Assembly: GCA_002747105.1 (NCBI GenBank)
Contig: PDSY01000016.1
Span: forward strand, 28,473 to 92,472
Source: Flavobacteriales bacterium
Lineage (GTDB): Bacteria > Bacteroidota > Bacteroidia > Flavobacteriales > Weeksellaceae
Direction: 5' to 3'
DNA: 64,000 bases
In this document: one piece after another, positions 10,427 to 19,676 of the stretch
Position numbering within the stretch: position 1 is the first letter of the stretch
How the letters are laid out: each line of letters opens with the position of its first letter
Notes under the pieces: model-generated
Told to the model about the DNA's origin: nothing
The model's input: only the letters and a program-made list of their open reading frames with translations
Databases searched by the model: none
Made by a program: the position numbers and the translations under genes

Positions 10427-11446
10427 TTAGTGTTTTCCACTCAAAATTTTCTGAATTTTAGTTTTGGTATTTTGGGTTGTTAGTTCTTGGATAAGGTTTG
10501 CCAACGTTGGGAAATCTTGCATGGCATCAAATGTTTTAGCAAAGGAAGTGAGGTTGACGATTCCTTGCTCCAAACTCGCTAAAAAATGAGCTTTTCTTTG
10601 AATAAGTCCTCGGAATCCATACGCTCCCAAAACCTGCATAAACCGAATAAGCTTAATATAATCCAATGACGCTTTTAGTTGATTTTCAACTTCTTCATCA
10701 TTCCAAAGCTTATAATAAAAATCTAACATTTCATTTTTAAAATCTTCAGGAAAGTGAGCTTTTGCCTGAAATAAAAACGAAACCACATCGTAGGTCAGCA
10801 CCCCTTTCATTGCCGATTGATAATCAATGAAACCAACTTCATCATTGTCGTTTATCATAATATTTCTCGATTGAAAATCCCGAATCATCACACCTTTTGG
10901 AGATAAGTTTTCAATGCGTTTAGTCAGTGTTTTAAATTCTTTTAATAACGAAGATTTATGATAATGAATTTCCAAAACATCTACTAAAAAATTCTTGAAA
11001 TAATATAAATCGTGAGTGATAGGCAAATCGTTATATTCTTCGTATTCAAATGTTTTTGAAAAGTCAATTTCATTTTGGGTTTTACATTGCAATGCATACA
11101 AATGAATCAAAACTTGCTTTACCAAATTTTTCACCCTATCACTCAGCCCTTCTTTTTGAATGATTTGAAAAAGTGTTGTGTCTCCCAAAAAACTTTGAAT
11201 ATAGGTTTTTCTATCAGTTGATATATGCAAAATACGAGGAGTAGGTATCGATTTTTGCATAAAGATTTCCGAGAAATAAAAAAAACTCTCGTTTTCTCTT
11301 ATATTTTCGTTGTGGGTAATTACGAAAGTATTGCTTTCGGTTTTGAGAATAAAGTTTTCCCGAGCCGAACCACTGGCAGGAAGTTGAAAACAATCGAGGA
11401 TAGGCTCTTGTGAATAGGTTTTAAAGAATTGAATAATTTGTTCCAA
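10427..11446 (-). CDS. aminoglycoside phosphotransferase (APH/ChoK-like kinase) family protein
   Basis: Catalytic-loop-like 'MIRDFQSRNIMI' and 'FIDYQ' motifs of the APH/AmgK-like kinase fold. The start appears to be TTG at 11446, with no nearby ATG. Confidence 0.7.
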   Translation of the reverse strand: MEQIIQFFKTYSQEPILDCFQLPASGSARENFILKTESNTFVITHNENIRENESFFYFSEIFMQKSIPTPRILHISTDRKTYIQSFLGDTTLFQIIQKEGLSDRVKNLVKQVLIHLYALQCKTQNEIDFSKTFEYEEYNDLPITHDLYYFKNFLVDVLEIHYHKSSLLKEFKTLTKRIENLSPKGVMIRDFQSRNIMINDNDEVGFIDYQSAMKGVLTYDVVSFLFQAKAHFPEDFKNEMLDFYYKLWNDEEVENQLKASLDYIKLIRFMQVLGAYGFRGLIQRKAHFLASLEQGIVNLTSFAKTFDAMQDFPTLANLIQELTTQNTKTKIQKILSGKH

Positions 11447-11520
11447 AATATAAGCTACTTAAAGGTTAGTTTATCAATTAACGAATAATGATTTTCTATC
11501 AAGCAAAGATAATATTTTTT

Positions 11521-11528
11521 TATCTTTG
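11521..11528 (+). promoter_or_regulatory. Bacteroidota-type -7 box (TAnnTTTG)
   Basis: 'tatctttg' lies 5 nt upstream of the xrtF ATG, implying a near-leaderless transcript. Confidence 0.4.
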
Positions 11529-11532
11529 TAGC

Positions 11533-12075
11533 ATGTTAAAAGATTTCAAACCGATTATTTTTATATTGCTTCGTTTTGCAGTGATATATATTATTTTACT
11601 GGTGAGTTACCAGTTGTATTTAAACCAATTTGAAGGTTTGGGGATAGATTCCTTTTCTGATTGGGTGACGCAACAGGTGGTGAGTGTTCAAAATTGGGCG
11701 GATTATCCTACGCAAATTTATCATGAAAAAGCAACGGCAACCAATTGGTTTTATGTAAAAAAAGAATATGTGAGTAGAATGGTGGAAGGTTGTAATGCAA
11801 TGTCAGTAATGATATTGTTTGTGGCGTTTATCTTCGCTTTCTATAAAGGTGCGAAGACTTTTCTTTTTGCTTTTGGAGGCTTGGCGCTTTTGCATTTGAT
11901 GAATGTTTTGAGAATAGCGGGACTGAATATTGTTTTGCGAGATTACCCTGAATACGGAAAATCTTTTCATGACTATGTCTTTCCTGCCATCATTTATGGA
12001 ACGGTAGTCGTTTTGTGGTTGGTTTGGATTCAGTTTTTTGCCATTAAAAAAGAAGGAACCAATGAAAAAAACTAA
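11533..12075 (+). CDS. xrtF: exosortase family protein XrtF
   Basis: Polytopic membrane protein with 'EGCNAMSVM' and 'NVLRI' exosortase-type motifs. It is followed by the characteristic partner membrane gene. Start set at ATG 11533, directly after a TAnnTTTG box. Confidence 0.7.
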   Translation: MLKDFKPIIFILLRFAVIYIILLVSYQLYLNQFEGLGIDSFSDWVTQQVVSVQNWADYPTQIYHEKATATNWFYVKKEYVSRMVEGCNAMSVMILFVAFIFAFYKGAKTFLFAFGGLALLHLMNVLRIAGLNIVLRDYPEYGKSFHDYVFPAIIYGTVVVLWLVWIQFFAIKKEGTNEKN

Positions 12076-12490
12076 TGTATTATTGATTTTATTGGGGATA
12101 TTGGGATTAATTGGAGTTCGTTTTTTAGAAGACCGAATATTCTACGACCCTTTTATTCGCTATTTTCAAGATTCAGATGCTCAAACCAGCTTTCCTGTTT
12201 TTGATTCGATGAAAATCATTCTTCATTATCTTTTTAGATTTGGTTTGAATTTGATTTTTTCTTTGGTGGTCATTCAGGGATTTTTTGGGAATAAAAAATG
12301 GACGAAACAAGCTGGGATATTAATAATTTTGTTTTTCATCATTACTTTTCCCATTTATTTATATTGTATTTACTCGGAGTTCAGTTGGGGAGAATTATTC
12401 ACCTTTTATATGAGAAGGTTTGTTATTCAGCCTTTAATTTTATTATTAATTATTCCTATTTTTTACTACCGAAAACAGACCAATCGTTAA
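12062..12490 (+). CDS. exosortase F system-associated membrane protein
   Basis: Small four-TM protein overlapping the xrtF stop by 14 nt. This position and architecture match the XrtF partner family. Confidence 0.6.
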   Translation: MKKTNVLLILLGILGLIGVRFLEDRIFYDPFIRYFQDSDAQTSFPVFDSMKIILHYLFRFGLNLIFSLVVIQGFFGNKKWTKQAGILIILFFIITFPIYLYCIYSEFSWGELFTFYMRRFVIQPLILLLIIPIFYYRKQTNR

Positions 12491-12505
12491 ACTAAAATTG
12501 AGAAA

Positions 12506-13066
12506 ATGAGTTATTTAGATAAAATCATACAATCAAGACGAAGCACTTACCTGAAGGACTTCAACCAAGACGATATTTCAGAAGTGGAAATAGAGGAACT
12601 ATTAAATTTAGCACTTTATGCACCGAGTCATAAAAAGACAAAACCTTGGCGATTTGTGGTACTTCGTGGAGAGGAAAACATCAGTAAGTTAGGCGAAGAA
12701 TTAACCAATTTATATTTAAAGCATACCCCTTCGGAAGCTTTTTCTGAAACGAAACACAAAGGAATGAAAGCTAAAGTAATGCAAGCAAATACTGCGATTG
12801 CAATTGTGGTAAATTTCTCGGGGAAAGTTCCAGAATGGGAAGAGAAAGTGGCAGTGGGAATGGCAGTGCAAAACCTTTGGTTAAAAGCCACCGAAATGAA
12901 TATCGGAGGGTATTGGAGTTCTCCAAAATTTATCTTTCACTTGAATGATTTCTTAGGCTTAGCCAAGCACCAAAAATGTATTGGGTTGTTTTATTTAGGA
13001 CGAAGCACCGATAAGCCAACCAAAAGTCGTGAAGAAGATAATGAAGATTTTGTAACCTATTTCTAA
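12506..13066 (+). CDS. nitroreductase family protein
   Basis: 'RRSTY...', 'APSHKKTKPWRFVVL' and 'GGYWSSP' fit the nitroreductase fold. Confidence 0.85.
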   Translation: MSYLDKIIQSRRSTYLKDFNQDDISEVEIEELLNLALYAPSHKKTKPWRFVVLRGEENISKLGEELTNLYLKHTPSEAFSETKHKGMKAKVMQANTAIAIVVNFSGKVPEWEEKVAVGMAVQNLWLKATEMNIGGYWSSPKFIFHLNDFLGLAKHQKCIGLFYLGRSTDKPTKSREEDNEDFVTYF

Positions 13067-13101
13067 TAAGATTGTAAAGCCAAAATAGTACACATAAAAA
13101 A

Positions 13102-13124
13102 ACTCAAGGTCAAAAACCTTGAGT
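13102..13124. terminator. bidirectional terminator
   Basis: Perfect 9-bp stem 'actcaaggt'/'accttgagt' flanked by an A-run and a T-run, between convergent genes. Confidence 0.8.
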
Positions 13125-13148
13125 TTAATTTTTAAAAGAACTAAAAAA

Positions 13149-13565
13149 TTATTTAGTCAAGTTTTCAGCAGCTTTTTTAGCATCTCCTACTTTCTCTCCT
13201 ACTTTTTCAGCACCTTCTTTTACTTTGTCACCTGCTTTTTCAACACCATCTTTTACATCTCCTGCAGCTTTTTCAATACCGTCTTTTGCGTCTCCTGCTA
13301 CTTCTTTTGCTTTCTCACCTGCGCTTTCAACACCGTCTTTCACGTCTCCTGCTACTTCACCTGCTTTCTCACCTGCGTTTTCAACACCGTCTTTCACATC
13401 TCCTGCTACTTCACCTGCTTTCTCACCTGCGCTTTCAACACCATCTTTTACGTCTTCTGCTACGTTTTCTACTCCTTCCTTAGCTCCTTCTACAGCATCT
13501 TTAGTTTTTTCACAAGATACTAACGCCAATGCAGCTACTGCTGCTACAAATAATGATTTTTTCAT
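13149..13565 (-). CDS. repeat-containing acidic lipoprotein
   Basis: Lipobox 'LVSCEK' followed by tandem 18-aa repeats 'GDVKDGVE(N/S)AGEKAGEVA' (54-nt DNA period). Flanked by a bidirectional terminator. Confidence 0.7.
   Translation of the reverse strand: MKKSLFVAAVAALALVSCEKTKDAVEGAKEGVENVAEDVKDGVESAGEKAGEVAGDVKDGVENAGEKAGEVAGDVKDGVESAGEKAKEVAGDAKDGIEKAAGDVKDGVEKAGDKVKEGAEKVGEKVGDAKKAAENLTK
13260..13470. repeat. 54-nt tandem repeat (coding, minus-strand lipoprotein)
   Basis: Near-identical units at 13314..13367 and 13368..13421, a partial third copy, and degenerate flanking copies. Confidence 0.85.
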
Positions 13566-13599
13566 AATAATTAAATTTAAAATTGTTTTATTGTTTTTG

Positions 13600-13806
13600 T
13601 TATTTTTTCACTTCTTCAGTAGGCTCTGCTTCTTTCATTGCCTCCTGTATCATTTCCTGATTCTCTACATCTAGGCTGTCTTCCTTCTCCATTGATTTCT
13701 CTGTATCGGCAACTTCTGTTTTTTCTACAGACTCTACCGTCTTATTTTTTTCACAAGATACTGTCACCAATGAGAGCGTAACCGCTAGAAATAATATTTT
13801 TTTCAT
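13600..13806 (-). CDS. small acidic lipoprotein
   Basis: Start set at 'MKKILFLAVTLSLVTVSCEK'. It has the same 'VSCEK' lipobox as the neighbouring gene and an E/K-rich mature part. Confidence 0.5.
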   Translation of the reverse strand: MKKILFLAVTLSLVTVSCEKNKTVESVEKTEVADTEKSMEKEDSLDVENQEMIQEAMKEAEPTEEVKK

Positions 13807-13883
13807 AGATCGTCTTTTTATACTTTCTGTGATGCGACAAATGTAAATATTCAAAATGATTTGCACAAAAAAAAACTTTGTTT

Positions 13884-13891
13884 TACCTTTG
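13884..13891 (+). promoter_or_regulatory. Bacteroidota-type -7 box (TAnnTTTG) overlapping an 8-5-8 palindrome
   Basis: 'tacctttg'. The palindrome 'tttgtaaa gttat tttacaaa' spans 13888..13908. Confidence 0.4.
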
Positions 13892-13932
13892 TAAAGTTAT
13901 TTTACAAATTAATATCATTGTAAATCAGTATT

Positions 13933-15009
13933 TTGGTTATATTTGAAAAAATAGAGCATCTGTATTTTAAAACATTAAAATCGAATATTGAGCAAGTGTT
14001 TTTGCTCAATAATACCCCTTCGTCCAAAAAAATTTCCGAATGGAAGGGAATTGATATCATATATTTTCAAGAAGATTTACGCAAAAAAACAAAAGTTTCA
14101 ATCAGTGAAAAGTCTTTTTATAACTATTTTAAGCGTGAATCTTGCGAAAAATTACCTCGAATTGATATTTTAAATGCCCTAAGCCAATATGTAGGATGTG
14201 AATCTTGGGTTGATTTTAAGAAGAATAATCCTCAAGTTGAAAAAGAATTTCAACTTCATCAAAAAATACAAGAAGAACGAGCTAATTCAAGAGAGAAAAC
14301 AGAAAAAAGTACTCAATCAGAAAGTGTTTTACAAAATAATACTAATGAAAATCAGTTGGTTGATCAAAAATCGAAGATTTTCAATATTCCTAAAAAAAAC
14401 TTTTTTATTACGACTGGTGTAATGAGTATTTTATTGATTTTGACCCTTTTTTTCGTGTTTAAAAATCAATTTTTAATGAAGAAAGTTACTTATACTTTTA
14501 CGGATGCGGACAGAAATTCTAGTATCAATAATATGCTTTCTGTACGAATTTTAAAAGAAAATGAAAGTCCTATTTCATTTAAAGTAAAACCTAATGAACC
14601 TTTTATTTACAAAACAAAATCCAGCACTTTGAGAATGGTCGTATCATCACCTTTTTATAAAACAGATACGATTGATAGAAATTTAGAAAAATCAAAAAAT
14701 GTAGAAAACATTGAATTGAAACCTAATGACTATGCGATTATGCTTCATTATTATTCTAAATCTATTCGAAATGTAAAGAAAAAAAGAAATAAATTGAACC
14801 GAATTATCAGTAAAGAAGCCCTTATTTATCAAGTCTATGATAATGAAAAATATGGTGTCGAAATACTAGATAAACAAAAATATATCAATTTGGTGACAAC
14901 GCCAACCACTTCCCTTAAGAATTTGGAAGTAATTGATACTCAGATGAAAAATGGGAAAATAACACTTATTAAATTCAAAATTAAATCCGATGACGACCTT
15001 ACCTTATAA
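13933..15009 (+). CDS. hypothetical membrane-anchored protein
   Basis: 358-aa ORF with a TTG start 42 nt after a TAnnTTTG box and one central TM helix ('FFITTGVMSILLILTLFFVF'). No recognised domain. Confidence 0.45.
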   Translation: MVIFEKIEHLYFKTLKSNIEQVFLLNNTPSSKKISEWKGIDIIYFQEDLRKKTKVSISEKSFYNYFKRESCEKLPRIDILNALSQYVGCESWVDFKKNNPQVEKEFQLHQKIQEERANSREKTEKSTQSESVLQNNTNENQLVDQKSKIFNIPKKNFFITTGVMSILLILTLFFVFKNQFLMKKVTYTFTDADRNSSINNMLSVRILKENESPISFKVKPNEPFIYKTKSSTLRMVVSSPFYKTDTIDRNLEKSKNVENIELKPNDYAIMLHYYSKSIRNVKKKRNKLNRIISKEALIYQVYDNEKYGVEILDKQKYINLVTTPTTSLKNLEVIDTQMKNGKITLIKFKIKSDDDLTL

Positions 15010-15562
15010 AAATCTATTGTTTGTCTTTTTCTTGATTTTTGTTTTTTCTTGTGAAAAGCAAAACGAAGCACCTTTGTCCTTGGAGAAAGTCAAGTACAAT
15101 ACCAATACATCGCTTTATCCTCAACAAAAAAGAGATAGCCTACAGGCTATTGAGGAGATTACCAAACAGAAACTCCAACAAGTTATTGATTTATCGGTTT
15201 TATACAGTAAAAGTAATAAAGATTCCGAAATTGATTCTACCCTTTATCGTCAAATGTTAAGCTATTTTTATGAGCCAGATTCTACCACGCTAAAGCCTTT
15301 GATAAAAGAAATGGACAGTTTGAAATGTGAGAGGGTGGAAATTGAAAATTTTGTGGTTAAAAAACGAATGACCGAAAAAGACACCTTGAATTTCGCTCAG
15401 TTTCAACTGCATTATGTGGAGAAAAGAACCAAAATTGACCACGAAATACAATATATTTTGGTTTCTACACCGATACAATTTAAAAAAGAATTTAAGTTCT
15501 ATTTCCTTAATTATTTTTCGGAACCGATAAAGGATAGCACTCGATTAGGTGTAATTAAATAA
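14990..15562 (+). CDS. hypothetical lipoprotein
   Basis: Signal and lipobox 'FLIFVFSCEK'. The 3' end overlaps the convergent gene by 52 nt. Confidence 0.45.
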   Translation: MTTLPYKNLLFVFFLIFVFSCEKQNEAPLSLEKVKYNTNTSLYPQQKRDSLQAIEEITKQKLQQVIDLSVLYSKSNKDSEIDSTLYRQMLSYFYEPDSTTLKPLIKEMDSLKCERVEIENFVVKKRMTEKDTLNFAQFQLHYVEKRTKIDHEIQYILVSTPIQFKKEFKFYFLNYFSEPIKDSTRLGVIK

Positions 15563-16083
15563 TCTAAAGTTACATCGTTTTCCCAAACATTATCAATGGT
15601 TTCTTGGGGTTCAAAAAAATTAACACCTATTTTCAGCCCTGAATTAATTTCGCTGAAAAAACTATCGTAAAAGCCTTTTCCGTAACCGACTCTATTTCCT
15701 TTTGAGTCACAATACAGCATCGGTGTTAAAATAAAATCATAGTTTTTTTCTCGGCTATCAATATCAGAAATAGGTTCTGTAATCTCCCACGAATTGGTTT
15801 CGTAAATCGTGTTTTCGTTAATTTCGATAGCGTATAATTTATTCCCTTTCATTTTTGGAACAAAAACCCGAATTTGATGTTCAAAACAATAATCAATAAA
15901 AATTGAAGTGTCGATTTCTTTTAATTTTTCAATCGTTAAAAAAAGATGAATTTTTTGTCCTTTCTGTGGATTGAATTTATCAATGAAATGCTTGAAAATC
16001 AACTTAGAACTATCTAAAATTTCATTTTTAGACAAAGATTTCCTTTTCCTTTTATAGCGTTGTCTAAGTTCGTTTTTTGTCAT
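15511..16083 (-). CDS. 5-formyltetrahydrofolate cyclo-ligase
   Basis: 'MTKNELRQRYKRKRKSLS' N-terminus and the 'GYGKGFYD' motif of the MTHFS family. Confidence 0.85.
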   Translation of the reverse strand: MTKNELRQRYKRKRKSLSKNEILDSSKLIFKHFIDKFNPQKGQKIHLFLTIEKLKEIDTSIFIDYCFEHQIRVFVPKMKGNKLYAIEINENTIYETNSWEITEPISDIDSREKNYDFILTPMLYCDSKGNRVGYGKGFYDSFFSEINSGLKIGVNFFEPQETIDNVWENDVTLDYLITPNRVLSFIGSEK

Positions 16084-16089
16084 TGTTTA

Positions 16090-16320
16090 TCAGGTCGTTT
16101 TCACCGAAATAATATTCACAGGGCAAGCTTTTGCCGCTTTTTCATTCACTTCCAAAGCTTCATAAATAGGAGTTTTAAAAGTATGAAACCCTTTTTTGTT
16201 CACCGATTTTAAAAGCACCGATTTCCCATCTTTTTTAGACATTCTAAAAAATTCGGGAGCAAATTCTGCACAATAATTACAACCGATGCATTTGTCTCTT
16301 TGTAAAGTGATGATTACCAT
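16090..16320 (-). CDS. ferredoxin (single 4Fe-4S cluster type)
   Basis: 76 aa with 'CIGCNYC' and a distal 'CP' ligand. Confidence 0.8.
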   Translation of the reverse strand: MVIITLQRDKCIGCNYCAEFAPEFFRMSKKDGKSVLLKSVNKKGFHTFKTPIYEALEVNEKAAKACPVNIISVKTT

Positions 16321-16367
16321 ATTTTTAATTTTGAAAGTGGAAATAGCTAAATTGCAATATTACGCAA

Positions 16368-17624
16368 TTAACTCACTGGCTCTTTCACTATTTTATAGAT
16401 TTTATCAGATGGTCTTACTCGGAAGTCAGTTTTAAAGGTTAAGACATCACCTTTTTGTGCTTTTTCCGAAAAACCTTCTGTTCCTTCTATCATCATTTTG
16501 TCCACGACTACTTCTTGTGAACCTGTTGTAGGTCCTTGAATTAAAACAGTATCCCCTATTTTCAGATCATAGGCTTCTATTAGAAACTCAGCGACATTGA
16601 TTTTGGGATAAAAATGTCTTCCTTTTCCGATATATACTTTTTTCTGTGTGGCATTAGAACCTGGATTTGGCGACCATTCTCCTAATTCTTGCCCCAAATA
16701 ATAACCACTCCAAAAGCCTCTATTATAAACTTTCTCTAATTGTTTCATCCATTCGCCAACTTTCTCTTGAGAGTAGGTTCCTTCTTCGATGGCGTCAATG
16801 GCTTCACGATAACACTTAATCACGGTAGCCACATATTCTGGTGCTCTTCCTCTTCCTTCTACTTTTAAAACCTGAACCCCTGCATCTACAATATCATCTA
16901 AGAAATTAATCGTACAAAGGTCTTTAGGCGACATCATATATTCGTTATCGATTTCAATTTCAAAGCCTGAGTCTTGGTCGATAACCGTATATTTTTTTCT
17001 ACAGTTTTGCTTACACGCTCCTCTATTGGCTGATGAATTATGAGAATGTAAACTCAAATAACATTTCCCAGAAACCGCCATACATAAAGCACCATGCCCG
17101 AAGATTTCTACTTCTACCAAATTACCAGAAGGCCCTTTTACTTGTTCTTTTTCAATTTGTTGACAAATCTTCTTGATTTGCGTGATACTCAATTCTCTAC
17201 TCATTACCATGGTATCGGCAAACATGGCGTAGAATTTTACGGTTTCGATATTGGTCACATTAATCTGTGTAGAGATATGGACTTCCATTCCGATTTGTCT
17301 AGCGTAGGCGATTACGGCCTGATCCATTGCGATTACGGCGGTTAAATCCGCTTCTTTGGCTCTATTCAAAAGCGTTTTAATGATGGATAAATCATGGTCA
17401 TATATAATGGTGTTGAGCGTTAGGTAAGTTCTTACGCCTTTTTCTTTACATCTTCGAGAGATTTCTTCTAAATCGTCGATAGTAAAATTCATTGAGGCTC
17501 TTGCTCTCATATTGAGCTGTTCCACTCCAAAATAAACCGAATCTGCTCCATTGTCCAACGCCGCTTGTAAGGAAGTGAAGTTCCCCGCAGGTGCCATTAA
17601 TTCTATTGTACCGTTTTTTGTCAT
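16368..17624 (-). CDS. peptidase U32 family protein
   Basis: 'EIFGHGALCMAVSGKCYLS' and overall U32 collagenase-like layout. Confidence 0.9.
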   Translation of the reverse strand: MTKNGTIELMAPAGNFTSLQAALDNGADSVYFGVEQLNMRARASMNFTIDDLEEISRRCKEKGVRTYLTLNTIIYDHDLSIIKTLLNRAKEADLTAVIAMDQAVIAYARQIGMEVHISTQINVTNIETVKFYAMFADTMVMSRELSITQIKKICQQIEKEQVKGPSGNLVEVEIFGHGALCMAVSGKCYLSLHSHNSSANRGACKQNCRKKYTVIDQDSGFEIEIDNEYMMSPKDLCTINFLDDIVDAGVQVLKVEGRGRAPEYVATVIKCYREAIDAIEEGTYSQEKVGEWMKQLEKVYNRGFWSGYYLGQELGEWSPNPGSNATQKKVYIGKGRHFYPKINVAEFLIEAYDLKIGDTVLIQGPTTGSQEVVVDKMMIEGTEGFSEKAQKGDVLTFKTDFRVRPSDKIYKIVKEPVS

Positions 17625-17650
17625 TCTTTTATCGCTAATGAAAATTTTTG

Positions 17651-17658
17651 CAAAGATA
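17651..17658 (-). promoter_or_regulatory. Bacteroidota-type -7 box (TAnnTTTG)
   Basis: The minus strand reads 'tatctttg', upstream of the U32 peptidase gene. Confidence 0.45.
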
Positions 17659-17747
17659 GTTTTTTTATTAAGAGAGGGAAAATGGGGTTTTAAATATAGG
17701 ACTAAAACAAATCAGCATTAATGTTTTTGGAAAAATGATTTTTATCG

Positions 17748-17755
17748 TATATTTG
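17748..17755 (+). promoter_or_regulatory. Bacteroidota-type -7 box (TAnnTTTG)
   Basis: 'tatatttg' lies 26 nt upstream of fabD. Confidence 0.5.
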
Positions 17756-17780
17756 CCGATTCAAAATTAAGATGAAATAA

Positions 17781-18647
17781 ATGAAAGCTTTAGTATTTCC
17801 AGGTCAAGGTTCACAGTTCGTAGGAATGGGAAAAGACCTTTATGAAAACTCTAAGGAAGTTAGAGACTTAATGGATTCTGCGAATGAAATTTTAGGGTTT
17901 GATATCCTTTCTATCATGTTTGAGGGAACGCAAGAAGATTTAAAAAAGACTGAAATTACACAACCTGTTATTTTCATTCATTCTATTGCGTCACTTAAAA
18001 CAGTGAATACAATTGGGGCAGAAATGGTAGCAGGACATTCTTTAGGAGAGTTTTCAGCATTGGTTGCCAATGGTGTTCTATCCTTTGAAGATGGTTTGAA
18101 ATTAGTTTCGGAAAGAGCCAAAGCAATGCAGGAAGCTTGTGATAAAAATCCAAGTTCAATGGCGGCGATTCTTGGTTTAGAAGATAAATTAGTAGAGGAA
18201 GTTTGCGAATCTGTGGAAGGAATTGTAGTTCCTGCAAATTATAATTGCCCTGGGCAATTGGTAATTTCGGGAGAAACGAAAGCCGTGGAAACTGCTTGTG
18301 AAAAGCTAAAAGAAGCAGGAGCAAAAAGAGCTTTGTTGTTACCTGTAAATGGGGCTTTTCATTCGCCATTAATGATGCCAGCACAAGAAAGATTGGCAAA
18401 AGCAATAGAAGCGACTACTTTTAGAAAAGCAACAATCCCTGTATATCAAAATATTACCACAACAGCAGTAACCGATGCAGAAGAAATTAAAAATAATTTA
18501 ATTCAGCAATTGACAGGTGCGGTGAAGTGGACACAGTCTATTCAAAATATGATTAACGATGGAGCCACTTCTTTTGTGGAAGTAGGTCCAGGGAAAACTT
18601 TAAAAGGGTTAATTAAAAAAATCGATAGAAACGCTACCGTATCCTAA
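17781..18647 (+). CDS. fabD: ACP S-malonyltransferase
   Basis: 'FPGQGSQFVGMG', active-site 'GHSLGEFSAL', and 'GAFHSPLM'. Confidence 0.95.
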   Translation: MKALVFPGQGSQFVGMGKDLYENSKEVRDLMDSANEILGFDILSIMFEGTQEDLKKTEITQPVIFIHSIASLKTVNTIGAEMVAGHSLGEFSALVANGVLSFEDGLKLVSERAKAMQEACDKNPSSMAAILGLEDKLVEEVCESVEGIVVPANYNCPGQLVISGETKAVETACEKLKEAGAKRALLLPVNGAFHSPLMMPAQERLAKAIEATTFRKATIPVYQNITTTAVTDAEEIKNNLIQQLTGAVKWTQSIQNMINDGATSFVEVGPGKTLKGLIKKIDRNATVS

Positions 18648-18650
18648 TGT

Positions 18651-19556
18651 ATGATGCAAAAAATATGCTCATCAGGTAAATTATTACTCACTTCGGAATA
18701 TTTTGTATTAGACGGAGCGCTAGCATTGGCGGTTCCAACCAAATTAGGACAAGCGTTTTTTTGCGAAGAAATAAACGATTCAAAATCTCTTATCTCTTGG
18801 GAAGCTCAACATCTTGAGCAAGATTGGTTAAAGGTCATTATTGATTATCAAAAATGGGAAATCCTTTCTACCAACTTACCAGAGGCAGGAGATTTTGTTT
18901 TGAAAGTATTGCAAGAAGTTCAGCGATTATCTCCATTAAAATTGCAAAACAAAACCTCGTACTCCATTAAAACCAATTTAGAATTTCCGTCTAATTATGG
19001 TTTAGGAAGTAGTTCTACGCTGATGAATAATTTGGCTCAGTGGGCAAATATTGATGCCTTTTTATTGAACGAAAAAACTTTGGGAGGAAGTGGCTATGAT
19101 ATTGCCGTAGCACAAGAAAATTCAGCGATTTTGTATCAAACTCAACCCGAAAGGAAAGTACAGAAAGTAAAATTTAATCCTTCCTTTAAAGATGAGTTGA
19201 TATTCATTCACCTTAATCAAAAGCAAGATAGCCGAGAAGGCATTCAGCATTATAAAGCTTTACCTAAAAATGAAAAATTGATTGAAGAGTTTTCTGCAAT
19301 AACAAGGCAAATAGTTGAAGCTGGTGATATTGACGAATTTTCAAAATTAATGACGGAACACGAAACAAAAGTATCCAATGCACTGCAACTTGAAACCGTG
19401 AAGGAAAAATATTTTTCAGATTATGGCGGATTTGTAAAAAGTTTAGGGGCTTGGGGTGGAGATTTCGTTTTAGCCTCAAAATTTGGGGATTTCAAAACTT
19501 ATTTTAAGGATAAAAAATTCAGTACTATTTTAAATTGGAGCGATTTAATAGATTGA
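18651..19556 (+). CDS. GYDIA family GHMP kinase
   Basis: GHMP motif 'GLGSSSTL' plus the eponymous 'GSGYDIAVA'. Confidence 0.8.
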   Translation: MMQKICSSGKLLLTSEYFVLDGALALAVPTKLGQAFFCEEINDSKSLISWEAQHLEQDWLKVIIDYQKWEILSTNLPEAGDFVLKVLQEVQRLSPLKLQNKTSYSIKTNLEFPSNYGLGSSSTLMNNLAQWANIDAFLLNEKTLGGSGYDIAVAQENSAILYQTQPERKVQKVKFNPSFKDELIFIHLNQKQDSREGIQHYKALPKNEKLIEEFSAITRQIVEAGDIDEFSKLMTEHETKVSNALQLETVKEKYFSDYGGFVKSLGAWGGDFVLASKFGDFKTYFKDKKFSTILNWSDLID

Positions 19557-19676
19557 TTTTTAAACTATTGCGTTTTTAAAATAAAATGATGAATATCATT
19601 AAGTATATTGTTTTAAAAATGCGTACCTTTCCATTCTAAAAAATGAATATAAAAATTATCAATTAATTTCTTAATT

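Noticed and set aside
12298-12495. Alternate-frame ORF inside the XrtF-associated gene
   Set aside because: It is on the same strand but in a different frame, fully nested, and lacks the TM-helix pattern that the main frame shows.
13119-13674. Plus-strand ORFs 13119..13523, 13225..13674 and 13286..13483
   Set aside because: They are shadows of the minus-strand tandem-repeat lipoprotein gene. Their composition is low-complexity (F/S/C-rich or S/P/A/T-rich), and they have no promoter or signal features. The minus-strand frame has a lipobox and terminator context.
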